Assembly (NCBI RefSeq): GCF_000284115.1
Contig: NC_017080.1
Location: forward strand, 1,050,001-1,082,000
Length of the DNA stretch: 32,000 nt
Direction of reading: 5' to 3'
Source: Phycisphaera mikurensis NBRC 102666
GTDB lineage: Bacteria > Planctomycetota > Phycisphaerae > Phycisphaerales > Phycisphaeraceae
Part shown: one piece after another, positions 30,109-32,000 of the stretch
Layout of the letters: every line of letters starts with the position of its first letter
How positions within the stretch are numbered: the first letter of the stretch is position 1
The notes under the pieces: generated by a model
Seen by the model: only the letters and a program-made list of their open reading frames with translations
Told to the model about the DNA's origin: nothing
The model's database searches: none
Position numbers and translations under genes: made by a program

Positions 30109-32000
30109 TCAGGTCGCGAGGGCCGCGGCGCGCTCGCGGTAGAGCGACGGATCGATGGCCGCGGTCATGGCGTCGGCGGCTTCGGGCCGGCCGAGGAAGG
30201 CGGCGACGGCTTCCAGCGTCGCGGGGTCCCGCTCGACCAACGCTCGGTGCGGGACCCGGATCCAGCGGGTGTCGGCCCGCCGGGCGAGGGCGTTCTGGGC
30301 GCGGCGGGTGCCGGCCTCGTAGGCGAGTCGGAGCGCGGTCGGGTCGCCCGCACGCCGGCCCTGCCGGCGGAGCATCGTCCGCTGGGAGGCGATCACCTCG
30401 TCGAGGTCCCGCTCCATCCAGAGCACGCGGTACGCGTGGCCGACCGGGAGGCGGTCGACCAGCGCGTGGATCACCTTGATGGCCCTGCCGGCCGCGTCGG
30501 CGACCACGCCCGCGTCCTCGGCCAGCCGGGTGACCGCCTCGTGCTCGAAGTAGCCGCGGCGGTTGCTCTCGTCGGCTTGGCGGCGGCCATCGGTGAGCGG
30601 CGGGACGCCCGCCGCCGCCAGCATCTGCATCGCGAGGCTGGTGCCCGCACGCGGCAGCCCGCTCACCACCCAGACGGTGCCGGCGTCCGGCGGCGGGAGG
30701 TCGTCGGGATCGTCGCTGCGGGCCTCGGCGGGAGCCGTCGGGTCCGGGCGATCCGCGGGAGCCGGTTGCCCGATGCCCCGGAGCGCGAGGCGGTGACGCA
30801 CGGCCTCGTCCTGGCGGCCGTTGCGGGCGTGCAGACATTCCAGCAGGCGGTGGGCTCGCGCGAAGCCGGGGTGCTGGTGGAGGGCGACGTTCAGCGCCGC
30901 GATGGCCTCGTCGTCGCGCCCGAGGTTCGCCAGCGCCATCCCCAGGTGCAGGTGGGCCCGCGGCAGGAAGAAGGCGCATCCGATCGCGTCCAGCGCTGCC
31001 TCGGCGGCGGCCTCCCAATCCCGACGGTGCAGGTGGACCTGAGCGAGGCCGTCGTGAGCCGCGGGGTCGGCGTCGTCGATCGCGAGGACCGCGCGGAAGG
31101 CGGATTCGGCGGCACCGGCATCGGTGCGGCGGAGCGCGAGCTGCGCCCGCAGGCGGTGGACCTCCGCCGCCTGCGCCGGGTCCGCGGGCAGCTCGGCGGC
31201 CCGCCGCTCCATCTCCCGCTCGTCACCTTCTGCGAAGGCCACCTGCGCCCGCAGCGCCTCCACCTGCTCGGCGACCTCCGCTTCCTCGGTCGCGATCCCG
31301 TCGAGCACGCGCACCGCCGCGTCCGCATCGCCTCGCTTCAGGTGGCAGGCCGCGACCGAGAGCCAGCTCCGCGGCTCGTCGGGGAACTCGGCCGCCATCG
31401 CCTCCGCCACGCGCATCGCGTCGTCGAAGCGCTCCGCGTCGAAGTAGGAGGTCATCTCGCGGTGCGTGTTCGCGATGCGCGTGTCGCGGATCGCCTCCGC
31501 GGCGTCCTCGCCCGGATCGGCGATGTAGCCCAACTCGACCAGCTGCCGCAACGCCTGCCGCTCCTGCTCGGGGTCGCCGCGGTGATCCGCGGGGTGCATC
31601 CCGCTGCCCTCGACGGCGGTCGCCTCCCAGTCCACCGGCAGCACCGGCGGCGTGCCCTCCGGCAGCGTGTCCAGCAGCGGCCGGCCGTCGAAGCCCAGCC
31701 CCGGCGGCAGGCCCAGCAGCGCCAGCACGGTGGGCGCGACGTCCAGCAGCGAAGCGCCGTAGACGCCGCGGCCGGGCCGCACCCCGGGGCCGCTCATCGC
31801 GAGGATCCCCAGCGGACGGTGCCAGCTGACCGGGTTGCTTCTCTCCGCGGGCCCCGGCGGGCGCAGGTCACCGTCCTGGTACCCGTGATCGGAGCACAGG
31901 ACGATGGTGGTCTCCTCGCCCACCGTCTGCATCAAGGCGTGCAGCATCATGTCGAAGAAGCGGTACACGCCGGTCATCACGCCGCTGTACATCTCGAAGA
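30109..32000 (-). CDS. Fusion protein: alkaline-phosphatase-superfamily (type I phosphodiesterase/nucleotide pyrophosphatase-like) domain, TPR repeats and a C-terminal sulfotransferase-like domain; 5' end outside the window
   Basis: The frame stays open upstream of the M at 31992 (..FEMYSG), so the gene is N-terminally truncated here. TIVLCSDHGY..LLDVAPTVLALLGLP matches the C-terminal part of AlkP-like phosphodiesterases. The middle is TPR-like (HLHLGMALANLGRDDEAIAALNVALHQHPGFARAH). The C-terminal VWVVSGLPRAGTSLAMQML is a PAPS-binding P-loop-like motif of sulfotransferases. Confidence 0.85.
   Translation of the reverse strand, partial: FEMYSGVMTGVYRFFDMMLHALMQTVGEETTIVLCSDHGYQDGDLRPPGPAERSNPVSWHRPLGILAMSGPGVRPGRGVYGASLLDVAPTVLALLGLPPGLGFDGRPLLDTLPEGTPPVLPVDWEATAVEGSGMHPADHRGDPEQERQALRQLVELGYIADPGEDAAEAIRDTRIANTHREMTSYFDAERFDDAMRVAEAMAAEFPDEPRSWLSVAACHLKRGDADAAVRVLDGIATEEAEVAEQVEALRAQVAFAEGDEREMERRAAELPADPAQAAEVHRLRAQLALRRTDAGAAESAFRAVLAIDDADPAAHDGLAQVHLHRRDWEAAAEAALDAIGCAFFLPRAHLHLGMALANLGRDDEAIAALNVALHQHPGFARAHRLLECLHARNGRQDEAVRHRLALRGIGQPAPADRPDPTAPAEARSDDPDDLPPPDAGTVWVVSGLPRAGTSLAMQMLAAAGVPPLTDGRRQADESNRRGYFEHEAVTRLAEDAGVVADAAGRAIKVIHALVDRLPVGHAYRVLWMERDLDEVIASQRTMLRRQGRRAGDPTALRLAYEAGTRRAQNALARRADTRWIRVPHRALVERDPATLEAVAAFLGRPEAADAMTAAIDPSLYRERAAALAT

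Noticed and set aside
1-32000. Scan for CRISPR arrays, tRNA/rRNA genes, IS elements, integrases and phage or defence-system genes
   Set aside because: I saw no regularly spaced direct repeats, no tRNA-like T-loop (GGTTCGAATCC-type) sequence in the few non-coding gaps, and no ORF with transposase, integrase, nuclease or ATPase defence-type motifs. This was a scan by eye and is not exhaustive.

Overview
The window is very GC-rich by eye, has almost no non-coding DNA, and carries strong GC3 codon bias. The base composition, a DUF1559/prepilin-type 'H-X9-DG' protein and many secreted multi-domain proteins suggest a Planctomycetota (Phycisphaerae-like) chromosome; this is inference only. I support 21 protein-coding genes, two of them cut by the window edges. 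One of those (1..947, minus strand) is missing from the supplied ORF track. I saw no rRNA, tRNA, CRISPR array, transposase or integrase. The window splits into three blocks. (i) 1-6.5 kb: an SDR, an IclR regulator, a saccharopine-dehydrogenase-family enzyme, an ALDH7-type piperideine-6-carboxylate/aminoadipate-semialdehyde dehydrogenase and an NAD-epimerase-like protein. This looks like a lysine-to-2-aminoadipate module. (ii) 6.7-25.9 kb is the most interesting part. It is a glycan-utilisation-like island of 10 genes, 8 of them in one tightly packed minus-strand array. It is dominated by secreted proteins I cannot place in a characterised family. These are three paralogs of a ~760-780 aa protein (jelly-roll, beta-sandwich, TIM-barrel-like and CHB_HEX_C-like domains), two paralogs of a ~620-640 aa protein with different CBM-like C-termini, and a 1024 aa GH42-like protein. 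Cytoplasmic enzymes sit among them: a DUF5054/GH38-like protein, an HDAC-family deacetylase, and a Gfo/Idh/MocA oxidoreductase whose start overlaps the stop of a xylose-isomerase-like TIM-barrel gene. (iii) 26.3-32 kb: a short GHL-type TIM-barrel fragment, a small lipoprotein, a DUF1559 pseudopilin-like protein, a secreted repeat protein paralogous to the one at the left edge, and an alkaline-phosphatase-like/TPR/sulfotransferase fusion. Non-coding signals are: a 46-nt inverted-repeat element (identical 10-bp arms, 26-nt spacer) present three times, once inside a CDS; a 15-bp palindrome GGAAY-N5-RTTCC (one copy with one mismatch) ~60-70 nt upstream of three or four start codons; and a 333-bp convergent intergenic region with a 14-bp long-range inverted repeat. 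All family calls come from motif recognition by eye. No database search was run.
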